Origin: an uncultured bacterium
GTDB lineage: Bacteria > Omnitrophota > Omnitrophia > Omnitrophales > Aquincolibacteriaceae
Assembly (NCBI GenBank): GCA_964434115.1
Contig: CAYSSX010000001.1
Location: 397,911 to 461,910, forward strand
Direction: 5' to 3'
DNA: 64,000 bases
Shown in pieces: positions 18,912-28,479 of the stretch; position 1 is the stretch's first letter; the number at the start of each line of letters is the position of its first letter. Both the position numbers and the translations under genes were made by a program. The notes below the pieces were generated by a model, which did not search any database, was not told the DNA's origin, and worked only from the letters and a program-made list of their open reading frames with translations.

Positions 18912-19343
18912 TTAAATCAGGAGAGAACGGAAAAGGACATAGAGGGGCTCCGGTCGAACGGCTTGCCCTTCATCGGTCTGATAAGAAAAGGCGCGCAGGC
19001 CTTCGAGAAAAAGCGGTGATTCTACAGCGGGTAAAACAGTTTCGATCTGAGTGGAAGGCGCGGAAAGGACCGCGAAATCAACCTTGGAATCCGCGGAAGC
19101 ACTGCGGTGATGCAAACAGCCCTCTGTGGAACAATCCTTCGCTGCCTCTTTTGAAGCGGTCTTGGGGCAGCAGTCATGGGCGTGCGAAACCGCCTTGGTC
19201 ACAACCGCAGTCTGTTCAGCCGCGTGCGCACACGGACAAAACCCCGCCGCAGCAGCGCCGAAAACAAAAAAAAGCAGCGTGAAAACCGCTGCTTTTCGAT
19301 GGCTGTGAAACGAACTTCTAAAAAATGACCTCTGCGTTTCCAT
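18912..19343 (-). CDS. small Cys/His-rich membrane-anchored protein, copy 1 (possible metal-binding protein)
   Basis: 143 aa containing the hydrophobic segment AAVFTLLFFVFGAAAAG and the Cys/His cluster FCPCAHAAE...HAHDCCPK...CLHH. It has a paralog at 29094..29513 and sits immediately upstream of cusC. Confidence 0.5.
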   Translation of the reverse strand: METQRSFFRSSFHSHRKAAVFTLLFFVFGAAAAGFCPCAHAAEQTAVVTKAVSHAHDCCPKTASKEAAKDCSTEGCLHHRSASADSKVDFAVLSAPSTQIETVLPAVESPLFLEGLRAFSYQTDEGQAVRPEPLYVLFRSLLI

Positions 19344-19385
19344 ACTTATAGCCTACTCTTACAAAGAGGAACTGTCAATCAGCTA

Positions 19386-19617
19386 GCCGACAACCTTTAG
19401 GTTGTCGGCAACAGGTGAAAGTTAGTCACATGCCTCTGGGGACTAACTTTCATCGTACGAGCCGAAAGTCGAAGACTTGTTATCTTTCTGACCCATTCCC
19501 GACTGAAGCCTCGGGAACGGCTTTGCCGACAAGTCAAAGACTTGTCCTCTCTCTGACCCATTCCCGACTGAAGCCTCGGGAACGGCTTTGCCGACAAGTC
19601 GAAGACTTGTCGGCTGC
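19386..19617. repeat. intergenic repeat cluster: a bipartite hairpin element (19386-19461) followed by about 2.4 tandem copies of a 63-65 bp unit
   Basis: A perfect palindrome GCCGACAACCtttagGTTGTCGGC is followed by CAACAGGTGA, then the stem AAGTTAGTC / GACTAACTT with loop ACATGCCTCTGGGG, then CATCG. Tandem units start at 19462, 19525 and 19590 and each contains the TTCCCGActgaagccTCGGGAA hairpin. Confidence 0.7.
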
Positions 19618-22600
19618 CTAACAAACATCGTGGTTATGACACGTCTCGACTCCCTGGTGAGATTCCCAGGCGAGCTTATATTCACCGTTCAGGAGAATGT
19701 AGCCCAGAAGGTCATCCTTGTGAGAGGCATCGTTAATCACGTACATTGTCCCGCCTTTGCCCGTCACAGTGCCATTGCTGCCCGAATAGTAGGGACGCAA
19801 ATTAACCTCATACACGGAAACGAGATTCCCCTCTTTTCCACGTACTTCAATGCGGTATCCGCTGTTGCCAGGACCCTGTCCTGACCCGTCGGCACCGTCA
19901 CGCCCTCCGGAACCGCTCACCACAAAGGTGTAGTCCTTGGCGCTTAATCCCGAATCCTTTTCAAACTGAAAGGCCGCGAGATTGCGGATTTTCATCTTGG
20001 CCTCATAGTCCTGCGCGTGGGTTCCCATAAAAGCACCTGCCATGGAGAAGTCATGATAGGTGTAGGAATTACCCGCCGTGTTCAGAAGCGCCACGTGAAA
20101 ACCCTGCTGGGAAGGATAGTCCGGGTAAAGATCCAGAGGATAGGCTCTTTGGGTCCAGCTATAGGCCCAGGAATCCTTGCCCGAGCGGATGTTATGAAAC
20201 ATCATGCTCAGATTTCCCATATAACCATCGTACGGCGAGTCTGTGGGAGACTGGCTGAAACTCATGTTGCGAAGCTCAAACTCCGCGGCCGCCACTCCGG
20301 TTTCCGCGGCGAGAAGTTCCGCGGTCTTGAACAGAATGTGAATCACGGCTGCGCCCGAGCCGGCCATCTCAATCAGCTCACCCAAGGTCCGGTTGCCGGA
20401 AATCCTGAGAGAACTTTCTCCCTCGACGGCAGACAGAAACACCGCGCCGTCCGCTCCGAAAGTAACGCGGCTAAGCGATTGCCCGGCCAAAGACTCTACC
20501 TTGATGCCAGTCAGCTGACCGTCCGCGTTGTAAATCATACGCCCCCGGTAAGACGCTGTTTCAATCATGGAGATACGGCCCTTGCGGTCCGAATCATCCG
20601 CGTACTCATAAAACGCCACGTTCCCGGAAGGTGTAAAACCGATTTTCCGGGTGGAGGAACTGTAGGCGTAAGTCACGGCCTTTGCACTCAGCACACGCCC
20701 CTGGGCATCCTTGGTCAGCACTTGATACCCGCCAGCCGTAAAATCAATGGTTTTTCCGTCGCTCATGAGCCGGGTCCAGCCGCCGCTCTCGTTAAAAGTG
20801 TCCTTGACCCAGCCCTTGGCAAAACCCAGCTGGCCTGACAAAGCATCCGCGTCATAACGGATTTCCTTAAGAACACCGTTGGCATCGTAATCGCGCGTCT
20901 CATTGCGCATGGTCGTGGAACTGATAAACGCGGGTGAAGACCAGGTATGTCCGTTGTTGACGAACAAACCTACGTCCACGCGGTTTGACAGAATGGAGCT
21001 TCCCAGGGAAGATCCGGGCGCAGACGCTTCCTCGTGATAATCAATTTCGATTTTCACGCGTGAGCCTTCGTCGTTCAGCTTGGTAATCCGCACGTGGTCA
21101 GCGTCTCCACGAAGCACGCGCCAGTCAAATTCAAGCGGATGACCGTTCACGTCAAAGCTTGCCCCCGCGTCCACAATCATGGTCTTGGTATACTCAAAAC
21201 CTCTGTGAATCCTCGAAACCGCAGCGGGTGTGTCGTACATCTTTTCAGTTTTGTTGTCAAAATTGCCCGTGCCTCCAAAGTTTTCGTCCTCAACCTTGAT
21301 CTGGGCAAACGCGGGAATATCGTCCAACGTCATAGCATTAGCCATACGCACCATGGCCATGAAATTACCGCTGTCATTAAAAGCCCTTGGGTGGGCTTCG
21401 CCCGTCAGGTACTTATCCTCATCACCGCCCACCCGTGTCATACGGAAAATCATTTCAAGGGTCGGCATCAAAAGGCCTTTTTCCTTAAGCGTCTTCTTCA
21501 CTTCCGGACGGAAGGCCGCGAGGGTGTACAAAAGTTTGGTCACCTCATCCATTTCACTGCCCGACGAACCCTGGGAAGTCAGAAGGTAGGCGTTGTTTGA
21601 AAAATAATAGTCCACGGCATCGTGGTCAATGTGCTCCGGATACAAATACAGAGCATTCGCCCGGTACTGATTGTACGTGGCCTGCGCCCCATAGCTCGAT
21701 TCCAAAGAGCCAGGGTTTGAAGTTCCCGCGGCACTTCCGGACGTGGAGGAATTTCCGATAATGACACGGTCCGGATAAGTCGCGTATTCCGCGGCCCAGC
21801 CATCATTCATGCGGCTCAACTGCGGCAGAGAGGAAACGCCGAAGTCCGTGTGTTTGCCGTCACGGTTGTGGTAATAATCCCCCACGTTTCCGGCAGCAAG
21901 ACCCAGTGCGGCTTGAGCTTTAAGGAACGTGCAGACTTCGGAATTCCCCGCGCAGATCGCGGGTGTCTTAACATCCAGGCTCATTTGCTGCTCCGCGCTA
22001 TAGCCCTCAATATCCTTGGCGGAAAACGTAATCACATACTGCCCGGCGTGCGCGGGTTCCGGCGTCCAGTCAAACTTTCCGTCGCTGGTCAAAGTCATGC
22101 GCGCCGGCGTATTAACCTTCACTCCGTCCCTAAGAATTTCCTTAATGCTGAAGGTCACGGCCCCGCCGTCAGGATCAGAGGCCTCAAGCACAGCGCTGAC
22201 TTTCGCGGCCAAAGATTCCACGGGCAGAACCGATGCGCCAGGGATGGATTTGAACACCGGGACATGCCCGGCCGGTATGATTTCAAACGCGATCACCGCG
22301 GCCTCTGAAATTTCTTTCCCGTCATTGACGGTAAACGAAAACTCATCGGTCCCGCTGTAGTCAGCGTCCGGTTTGTACGTAAACGCGCCGGTCTCGGCAT
22401 TGATTTCAAGCCTGCCGTGTTTGGGCTGAGAGGCTGCGGCGAAGGAGAGAACGTTTCCGTCCTCGTCACTGCCCGTGACAAAGCCGGTGATCTCGCCATT
22501 CTGATTCACTTTAAAACTGGCCGCATTGGCCACAGGTCTATGGTTCTGCGGCGCGTCCGGTTTATAAGTAATCGCGCGTATTTCACTGCGGCCTATATTC

Positions 22601-25600
22601 CCGGCCTCGTCTTTATGCTCGATAAACAACCCTTCGTTGAGGCCTTCCACAAGGCTGAATGTTTTCTCCATCTCGTTTCCGCCGTCAAGGGTATAAAGCA
22701 CCTTCAGCGTAGCTTGGTTCGTTGTTTCAGGAATATCGCTCGTGATCTTGATCGCGGGCGGAATTGTGTCGCGGCGGATACTCACCACCACTTCGGACTT
22801 GTTTCCCGCGTTATCCACGGCTGTGATCGTGTGCCGGTTATCGCCTTCCTGATCCAGCGAAACCTTTAACTCCTTAGCCTCGCCATCCAGCAGGTACTTC
22901 ACGATCTCGCTGAGGCGATTGCTCAAAGAGACATGCTCCACACCTGAAATTTTAGGCGCGATGGTATCACGCGTAATCACAATGCGGATTTCGGTCTCGT
23001 TACCCGCTCCATCCACTTCTTTAATGACATGACGGTTTTCGCCTTCCTGATCAAGCGGAACCTTCAACTCCTTGGCCTTACCGTCCACCAGGTACTTCAC
23101 AACCGCGCTATCCTGGTTGGTCAAGGACACGTGTTCCAGCCCGGTAATTTCAGGGGCCTTGGTGTCTCTTACCACTAGAAGTTCGATGCGGCTTTCATTC
23201 CCGGCCTTATCCAGCGCCGTGACCGCGAGCTTGTTATCCCCTTCGTTCTGGAGCGCGAATTCCTTACGCATGGCTTCGCCATCCACGGTGTAGCTGACCA
23301 CAACGCTCATCTGGTTGGTCAAAGACACATGCTCAATGTTCGCGATTTCAGGCGCAATCGTGTCCAGCGTTACCTTGAATTCAAACAGGCCGATATTCCC
23401 CGCTGCGTCCACGACCTGAATTTTAAGTTTGTTTTCACCCTCGGTTAAATCAAAATGCGCGTGAAGAATTTCCCCGTTGGCGCCTGTGGGATCCAAAACA
23501 TAATCCACCACCAGGTGTTTCTGATTGGTCAGAGCCGGAATTTCGGAAACCACTTTAATCTGCGGCCCGGCATTGTCCATGAGCACAGAAAGGACCCGCT
23601 CGGAAATATTACCCGCTTCGTCCTTGGCTTCGATCCGGAGTTCATTCTTTCCAGCCGCGAGCTGGAAGGTTTTCTCCATTTTGACCCCATCCGCCGTGTA
23701 AATCACAACCAGACTCCGCTGATTCGTGACTTCCGGAACATCACTTAATATCTCAATCGCGGGCGCCTGGGTATCGCGCACCACGATAAGCGCTATTTCG
23801 CTTTTGTTTCCCGCCTCGTCCGACGCGGTAATCAAAAGTTCATTTTTACCTTCGTTCGGGAGATCAAACGCCTGCTCTCTCGAAACACCGTCCAGCAGGT
23901 ACTTCACCACGGTCTTCAACTGATTGGTTAAAGACACATGCTCCACGTTTGTGATTTCGGGGGCTTTGGTATCCAGCGTGACGTCAAACTCGTAAAAGCC
24001 AATGTTACCCGCCTCATCCATGGCTTCAATCTTGAGTTTGTTTTTGCCTTCCGTTAATTTAAACTCCGCGCGGCGTTTCTGCCCATTGGACATTTGCGGA
24101 TCCACAATGTACTCAACAACAAGCTGCTCCTGGTTAGTCAGGGACGGAATCTGGGAAATCACCTTGATCACCGGCGCCTCATTGTCCATAAGCACCGCGA
24201 AATTCATTTCCGCGGCATTGCCCGCTTCATCCTTGGCCGCAATTTGAAGTTCATTCATTCCCGGCTTGAGTTCAAAACGCTTTTCCATTTCCTTTCCATC
24301 CACTTTATAGAGGACGGACAGGACCTGGGCGTTTGTGATTTTAGGAATCACACTCGTAATCGCGATTTCCGGAGCCTTGGTATCCCGGACAATCTCAATC
24401 ACAACTTCGGTCTGGTTCCCGGCTTCATCCGACTCCGTAATCACGTGCCGGTTCTTGCCTTCCTGATCCAGCGCGAGCTTCAATTCCTTGGCCTTTCCAT
24501 CCACCAGGTACTTCACAAGCGCGCTGAGCTGATTGGTCAAGGACACATGCTCGACACCCGAAATTTCGGGCGCCTTCGTATCCAATGTTATTTTGAATTT
24601 ATACGAACCCTTATTCCCTGCCGCATCCATGGCATCAATCGAGAATTCGTTCCCGCCTTCTTTCAAATCAAATTCGGCCTTAAGAACGGCACCCGTGGCG
24701 GAATTGCCATCCACCAGATAATTCACAACAAGATGCTTTTGGTTTGTAATCGACGGAATCTCGGAAATCACGCGGATGACCGGCGCCACATTGTCCATGA
24801 TCACAAAAAGACTGAGTTCCGCGGCATTCCCTGCCTCATCCTTGGCCGCTAGGCGAAGCTCGTTTTTTCCGGGCGCGAGCTCGAACTTCTTTTCCATCTC
24901 TTTTCCGTCCACGGTGTAAAGCACGGTCAACACCTGGGCGTTCGTAATTTGAGGGATCTCGCTCTTGACCGCAATTTCAGGCGCCTTTGTGTCACGCCGG
25001 ATCATAAGCGCTCTTTCGATCTTGTTCCCGGCTTCGTCTGAAGCCGTAAGCACAAAATGGTTTTCACCCTCTTCCGGAAGTTCAAAGGTCTGTTCCATGG
25101 GGATCCCGTCCAGCAGGTACTTCACCAGCGCCTTGAGCTGGTTGGTCAGGGACACATGCTCGACGTTTGTGATTTCGGGGGCTTTGGTATCCAGCGTTAT
25201 TTTAAATTCATAAACACCGACATTGCCCGCTTCATCCTTGGCTTGAATCGTGCGGGTGTTTGGGCCTTCCTCTAAATCAAACTCCGCGCGCAGTTTTTGG
25301 CCATTGGTCATTTGCGGGTCAATCACATACTCCACCACAAGGTGTTTCTGGTTGGTCAAAGCGGGAATCTGGGAAAGAACCCGGATCACAGGCGCCTCAT
25401 TGTCCCGGAGCACCCCGAAATTCATGACAGACATATTCCCAGCCTCGTCCTTGGCCGTGATCTGAAACTGATTCATTCCGGGCTTAAGCTCAATCTTCAT
25501 CTCCATGTCTTTTCCATCCACAGCATAGAGCACGGTCAAAACCTCGGCATTGGTGACTTTAGGAACATCGCTCCTCAACTTGATCACAGGCAGAGTGGTA

Positions 25601-28071
25601 TCCCGCGTAATGACGAAAGCCATTTCACTTTTGTTTCCCACCTCGTCTTGTGCTGTAATAACAAAGTGGTTTTCCCCTTCTAGTTCGAGCTTGAACGATT
25701 GCTCTTTGGCAATTCCATCCAGCGTGTAAGTCACCATAACTTCGAGTTTATTGGTCAAAGCCGGAAACTTTAAATTGGCGATCACCGGCCCTTCCTTATC
25801 CATGGCGTTTGCAATGCGCTTAATTAAAATCGCAAGGTCCCGGTCGTCAGCCGCTCCATCCTGGTTAAGATCAAGAAGAGCTGCCGTTTCCTTGGGCAGA
25901 TAAGCCAGAACACTCAGCGCCTGCGCGTAACCTGTTTTCGCGGCAGTAAAGTCATCATTGTTGGTAATCCCATCGCGGTTTATATCCGCAGAGAACGTGC
26001 CGTCCGCCTTAAGACTGATCCTTTTGGCGAATTCCGAGGCCACTTCAATTTCATGGCGAAGCGCGCCCTGCAAGGCCAGCGCTTCTTCGATCAAGCCCCG
26101 TTCAGACACAATCGCGTTCTTCAGCCCATCAATCACAGCATCGACATTAACTGCCGGCCGGCCCATGGCCCGAAGGGAAAGCGCCGGATGTTCAGGCACC
26201 TTGAACGCCGAGGGATCTGTTCCGGGAACCAAAGCTGCAGCAATTTTGTTCAACACCTCAACATACGCCATCAGGGCTTTAATGTCCTGCTGGTCCAGAG
26301 CCGCGTCACCCTTCATCCAATTCATGATCCACGTCACACCGTCAATGTCCTGCTTGGCCTTGGCATGAATTCCAGCGGCCGCTTCCAGAATCTCCAGCAT
26401 TCCCGGGATGTTTTTATCAAAACCATTGATCTTCTCAAAAAGCCCGCCTTCTTCACTTGCCAGCGGATTGATAACACCCGCGATTCTCTCAGCCTCTTGA
26501 TTTTTTGAAGCCGCGGATTGTTGAAACTGCGAGATCTCGGCAGACGCGGCATTGATCATCGCCGCCACTTTCGCGCGCAGGGCTTCAAGCTCGCCTTGAT
26601 TATCGATGACCGGCTTCAGACGGATCACACCGTCGGCCATGAGCTCAATCTCCCACGCCTTACCGCCGATTTTCACCTTCCGGTTTTCCGGAAAGTTTTC
26701 AACAAGAACCTGATCCTGCTGCCAGGTTTTGCTCACCGGGTCCTGATACCAGGAACTAAAACTGAGCCCGTACACAGGCTTGCCCATGCGTCCATCCGCC
26801 ATGTAAGTGCCCGCTGCCGTGATGCCATTTTTGTTCGAATAAGTCATACCGTATGACACGCTGTAATTCCGGCCCTCCACCGCAACACTCTGCCAGTTCT
26901 TGAACCGGAGCTTTTTCCATTGATCAGGCGTGCTTCCGCCGTTGCTGTTCACCACAATGTCCACGTTTTGATAATCGTTTTTATTGCGGACAAGACGCGG
27001 CACATAAATTCCGGCGTCATTGCGCACCGATTCAACACTGTAAAGCTGGTTGTTCCACGCGGCCGGAAGACCCGCGTAAGTCACGGCGGTCTTCATAAAA
27101 ACCGAGGAGTGTGATTCCATCATTTGTCCGAGTTCCTTATAATCAGGGTTCCCGGATTCCAGGCTCGCTCTTACTTTCAGATACAAATCCTTGATGCCTT
27201 GAATCTCTTCACCGCCATAAAGCGAAACCGAGGTCTTGACCGGTTTGCCATTAGCGTCCTGACTGCCGATGTCTGTCCAGATGGAATACTGCGTGACCGG
27301 CCTGCTGCCCGGCCCCGCGCCCGCCATAGTCAAAGAGTTGTTCACTGCCCCTGTGTCTGCATATAAAGACGGGTTGTAGGTAGAACGGTTCACGGAAATC
27401 GTGTGATCCATCCACCGGCCCTGCGCGTCATAAGTAAAAGAGCGGCGGTAAAGCGAGTCGGAGGAGCCATAGCGCTCAGAGCTTGACGCGTACTCAATGT
27501 AGCTCAAGCGCTGTTGTGAAAATCCATAGCGCTGTTCATAGTTGTAACCGGTCTGATTCATGATCACGTCAAAACGTTTCAAGGCAGTCTGCGAGCCTGA
27601 CTTTTCAACAAGGATATTCCAGCTATACCCATTGGTGACATTGTCGATCTCGATGCTCTGCGTAGCTTCGTCAAACTGGCCGGTGTAGGTCTGCTTTTGA
27701 CCGTATTGCGTCAGCGTGACACTGGCCTTCCCGCCTTCCTTGACTTCCACACTCAGAAAATCTTTTCCATCCGGGGAAACGGGTGCCTTGGCGGAAAAAG
27801 GACGCGTTGCCGGCTTCGGGGGTTCACTCATGGAAATAGGGTTGTCATCCAGGGAAAGCGTGTGGAGATCTGCAGGCGGGATCGTGTCCTGCGGCTCCGT
27901 GTTTTTCTGCTGTGTTGGGTCCGTTGTGGCGGATTTCTCCTGCACAGGGGTAATAAGCCCGGTCGGAGAACCACCATCCGCCAGAGCTGCCGGCATGACC
28001 GGAACTGAAAAGAAGGCCAGGCTTACCGCGAGAAAGCCCGCCAGAACGCGATTTTCGAAGTGGTTTTTCAT
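19618..28071 (-). CDS. giant cell-surface adhesin-like protein with dockerin-like Ca-binding segment, tandem Ig-like domain repeats and YD-repeat-like region
   Basis: Start MKNHFENRVLAGFLAVSLAFFSVPVMPAALA at 28071 with a signal peptide and a GAGAGGGA ribosome-binding site. A dockerin-like pair DINRDGITNNDD ... DLNQDGAADDRDL is encoded at about 25810-26000. At least 15 tandem roughly 100-aa repeats of the type TLDTKAPEI..VEHVSLTNQ / IRVISEIP.LTNQKHLVV.Y are encoded at about 22700-25750. The C-terminal third contains YD-repeat-like motifs (YDANGVLKEIRYDA..., KDAQGRVL...). Confidence 0.8.
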   Translation of the reverse strand: MKNHFENRVLAGFLAVSLAFFSVPVMPAALADGGSPTGLITPVQEKSATTDPTQQKNTEPQDTIPPADLHTLSLDDNPISMSEPPKPATRPFSAKAPVSPDGKDFLSVEVKEGGKASVTLTQYGQKQTYTGQFDEATQSIEIDNVTNGYSWNILVEKSGSQTALKRFDVIMNQTGYNYEQRYGFSQQRLSYIEYASSSERYGSSDSLYRRSFTYDAQGRWMDHTISVNRSTYNPSLYADTGAVNNSLTMAGAGPGSRPVTQYSIWTDIGSQDANGKPVKTSVSLYGGEEIQGIKDLYLKVRASLESGNPDYKELGQMMESHSSVFMKTAVTYAGLPAAWNNQLYSVESVRNDAGIYVPRLVRNKNDYQNVDIVVNSNGGSTPDQWKKLRFKNWQSVAVEGRNYSVSYGMTYSNKNGITAAGTYMADGRMGKPVYGLSFSSWYQDPVSKTWQQDQVLVENFPENRKVKIGGKAWEIELMADGVIRLKPVIDNQGELEALRAKVAAMINAASAEISQFQQSAASKNQEAERIAGVINPLASEEGGLFEKINGFDKNIPGMLEILEAAAGIHAKAKQDIDGVTWIMNWMKGDAALDQQDIKALMAYVEVLNKIAAALVPGTDPSAFKVPEHPALSLRAMGRPAVNVDAVIDGLKNAIVSERGLIEEALALQGALRHEIEVASEFAKRISLKADGTFSADINRDGITNNDDFTAAKTGYAQALSVLAYLPKETAALLDLNQDGAADDRDLAILIKRIANAMDKEGPVIANLKFPALTNKLEVMVTYTLDGIAKEQSFKLELEGENHFVITAQDEVGNKSEMAFVITRDTTLPVIKLRSDVPKVTNAEVLTVLYAVDGKDMEMKIELKPGMNQFQITAKDEAGNMSVMNFGVLRDNEAPVIRVLSQIPALTNQKHLVVEYVIDPQMTNGQKLRAEFDLEEGPNTRTIQAKDEAGNVGVYEFKITLDTKAPEITNVEHVSLTNQLKALVKYLLDGIPMEQTFELPEEGENHFVLTASDEAGNKIERALMIRRDTKAPEIAVKSEIPQITNAQVLTVLYTVDGKEMEKKFELAPGKNELRLAAKDEAGNAAELSLFVIMDNVAPVIRVISEIPSITNQKHLVVNYLVDGNSATGAVLKAEFDLKEGGNEFSIDAMDAAGNKGSYKFKITLDTKAPEISGVEHVSLTNQLSALVKYLVDGKAKELKLALDQEGKNRHVITESDEAGNQTEVVIEIVRDTKAPEIAITSVIPKITNAQVLSVLYKVDGKEMEKRFELKPGMNELQIAAKDEAGNAAEMNFAVLMDNEAPVIKVISQIPSLTNQEQLVVEYIVDPQMSNGQKRRAEFKLTEGKNKLKIEAMDEAGNIGFYEFDVTLDTKAPEITNVEHVSLTNQLKTVVKYLLDGVSREQAFDLPNEGKNELLITASDEAGNKSEIALIVVRDTQAPAIEILSDVPEVTNQRSLVVIYTADGVKMEKTFQLAAGKNELRIEAKDEAGNISERVLSVLMDNAGPQIKVVSEIPALTNQKHLVVDYVLDPTGANGEILHAHFDLTEGENKLKIQVVDAAGNIGLFEFKVTLDTIAPEIANIEHVSLTNQMSVVVSYTVDGEAMRKEFALQNEGDNKLAVTALDKAGNESRIELLVVRDTKAPEITGLEHVSLTNQDSAVVKYLVDGKAKELKVPLDQEGENRHVIKEVDGAGNETEIRIVITRDTIAPKISGVEHVSLSNRLSEIVKYLLDGEAKELKVSLDQEGDNRHTITAVDNAGNKSEVVVSIRRDTIPPAIKITSDIPETTNQATLKVLYTLDGGNEMEKTFSLVEGLNEGLFIEHKDEAGNIGRSEIRAITYKPDAPQNHRPVANAASFKVNQNGEITGFVTGSDEDGNVLSFAAASQPKHGRLEINAETGAFTYKPDADYSGTDEFSFTVNDGKEISEAAVIAFEIIPAGHVPVFKSIPGASVLPVESLAAKVSAVLEASDPDGGAVTFSIKEILRDGVKVNTPARMTLTSDGKFDWTPEPAHAGQYVITFSAKDIEGYSAEQQMSLDVKTPAICAGNSEVCTFLKAQAALGLAAGNVGDYYHNRDGKHTDFGVSSLPQLSRMNDGWAAEYATYPDRVIIGNSSTSGSAAGTSNPGSLESSYGAQATYNQYRANALYLYPEHIDHDAVDYYFSNNAYLLTSQGSSGSEMDEVTKLLYTLAAFRPEVKKTLKEKGLLMPTLEMIFRMTRVGGDEDKYLTGEAHPRAFNDSGNFMAMVRMANAMTLDDIPAFAQIKVEDENFGGTGNFDNKTEKMYDTPAAVSRIHRGFEYTKTMIVDAGASFDVNGHPLEFDWRVLRGDADHVRITKLNDEGSRVKIEIDYHEEASAPGSSLGSSILSNRVDVGLFVNNGHTWSSPAFISSTTMRNETRDYDANGVLKEIRYDADALSGQLGFAKGWVKDTFNESGGWTRLMSDGKTIDFTAGGYQVLTKDAQGRVLSAKAVTYAYSSSTRKIGFTPSGNVAFYEYADDSDRKGRISMIETASYRGRMIYNADGQLTGIKVESLAGQSLSRVTFGADGAVFLSAVEGESSLRISGNRTLGELIEMAGSGAAVIHILFKTAELLAAETGVAAAEFELRNMSFSQSPTDSPYDGYMGNLSMMFHNIRSGKDSWAYSWTQRAYPLDLYPDYPSQQGFHVALLNTAGNSYTYHDFSMAGAFMGTHAQDYEAKMKIRNLAAFQFEKDSGLSAKDYTFVVSGSGGRDGADGSGQGPGNSGYRIEVRGKEGNLVSVYEVNLRPYYSGSNGTVTGKGGTMYVINDASHKDDLLGYILLNGEYKLAWESHQGVETCHNHDVC
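22700..25750 (-). repeat. coding tandem repeats (roughly 300-bp units) inside the adhesin gene
   Basis: The roughly 100-aa domain units recur with nucleotide-level similarity, which is also visible as recurring antisense ORF fragments at 23455, 24094 and 25297. Confidence 0.7.
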
Positions 28072-28260
28072 GATTGAGATCCCTCTCTGTCTTCCTGGAA
28101 TAATTTCGATTTCCATCACCTGCTTAACAACTTTTAACAGCCTATTAATAAGTCTGTTTTAAAACCTTAACACCACATTCCAAGAGATGCAAAAAAGAAG
28201 CAAAAAAAGAGCAAAAAATAGCAGCAAAAACAGTCTGCATGTTATGAATGTATGTTTAAG

Positions 28261-28375
28261 CCGAAACCGATTTCGGGTTTCGGCAATAGGTGAAATAGCT
28301 GAAATGGCTTTTCATTTCAGCATAAGGTGAAGTGAAAACTCCGGCCTTAGGGAGTTATCACTTCATCGCGCGAGG
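28261..28375. repeat. bipartite hairpin repeat element (variant with a class-2 second hairpin)
   Basis: Perfect palindrome CCGAAACCGAtttCGGGTTTCGG, then CAATAGGTGA, then the hairpin GCTGAAATGgcttttCATTTCAGC, then ATAAGGTGA, then the stem AGTGAAAACTCC / GGAGTTATCACTT with loop GGCCTTAG, then CATCG. Confidence 0.65.
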
Positions 28376-28421
28376 AGGCCTGCTGAAGATAGGATTTTTC
28401 GGGACTGGCGGGGCAGAGACA

Positions 28422-28456
28422 AAAAAAACGCCGGGGAAAAATCCCCGGCGTTTTTG
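28422..28456 (-). terminator. bidirectional rho-independent terminator downstream of the ZraP-like gene
   Basis: An A-run (28422-28429), stem CGCCGGGGA, loop AAAA, stem TCCCCGGCG, then TTTTT (28452-28456). It therefore reads as hairpin followed by a U-run on both strands. Confidence 0.65.
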
Positions 28457-28479
28457 GTGGTCGTAATGAACGAACTGGG

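Noticed and set aside
19397-19685. Small ORFs (19397..19624, 19443..19685 and 38157..38345) that share a PFP(R/K)LQSGMG peptide.
   Set aside because: The shared peptide arises because all three overlap copies of the same intergenic nucleotide repeat (the TTCCCGActgaagccTCGGGAA unit). There is no ribosome-binding site or coding signal, so the similarity is DNA-level rather than a gene family.
22700-25750. Regular roughly 300-bp tandem repeats, considered as a possible CRISPR-like or satellite array.
   Set aside because: The units are far longer than CRISPR repeats, have no spacer/repeat alternation, and are in-frame coding repeats of the adhesin.
20017-27366. Plus-strand ORFs within the adhesin gene whose translations show repeated patterns (20017..20838, 23455..23748, 24094..24852, 25297..25683).
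   Set aside because: The repetition simply mirrors the tandem Ig-like domain repeats of the minus-strand adhesin. The minus-strand frame is uninterrupted for 8.5 kb and has a signal peptide and domain structure.
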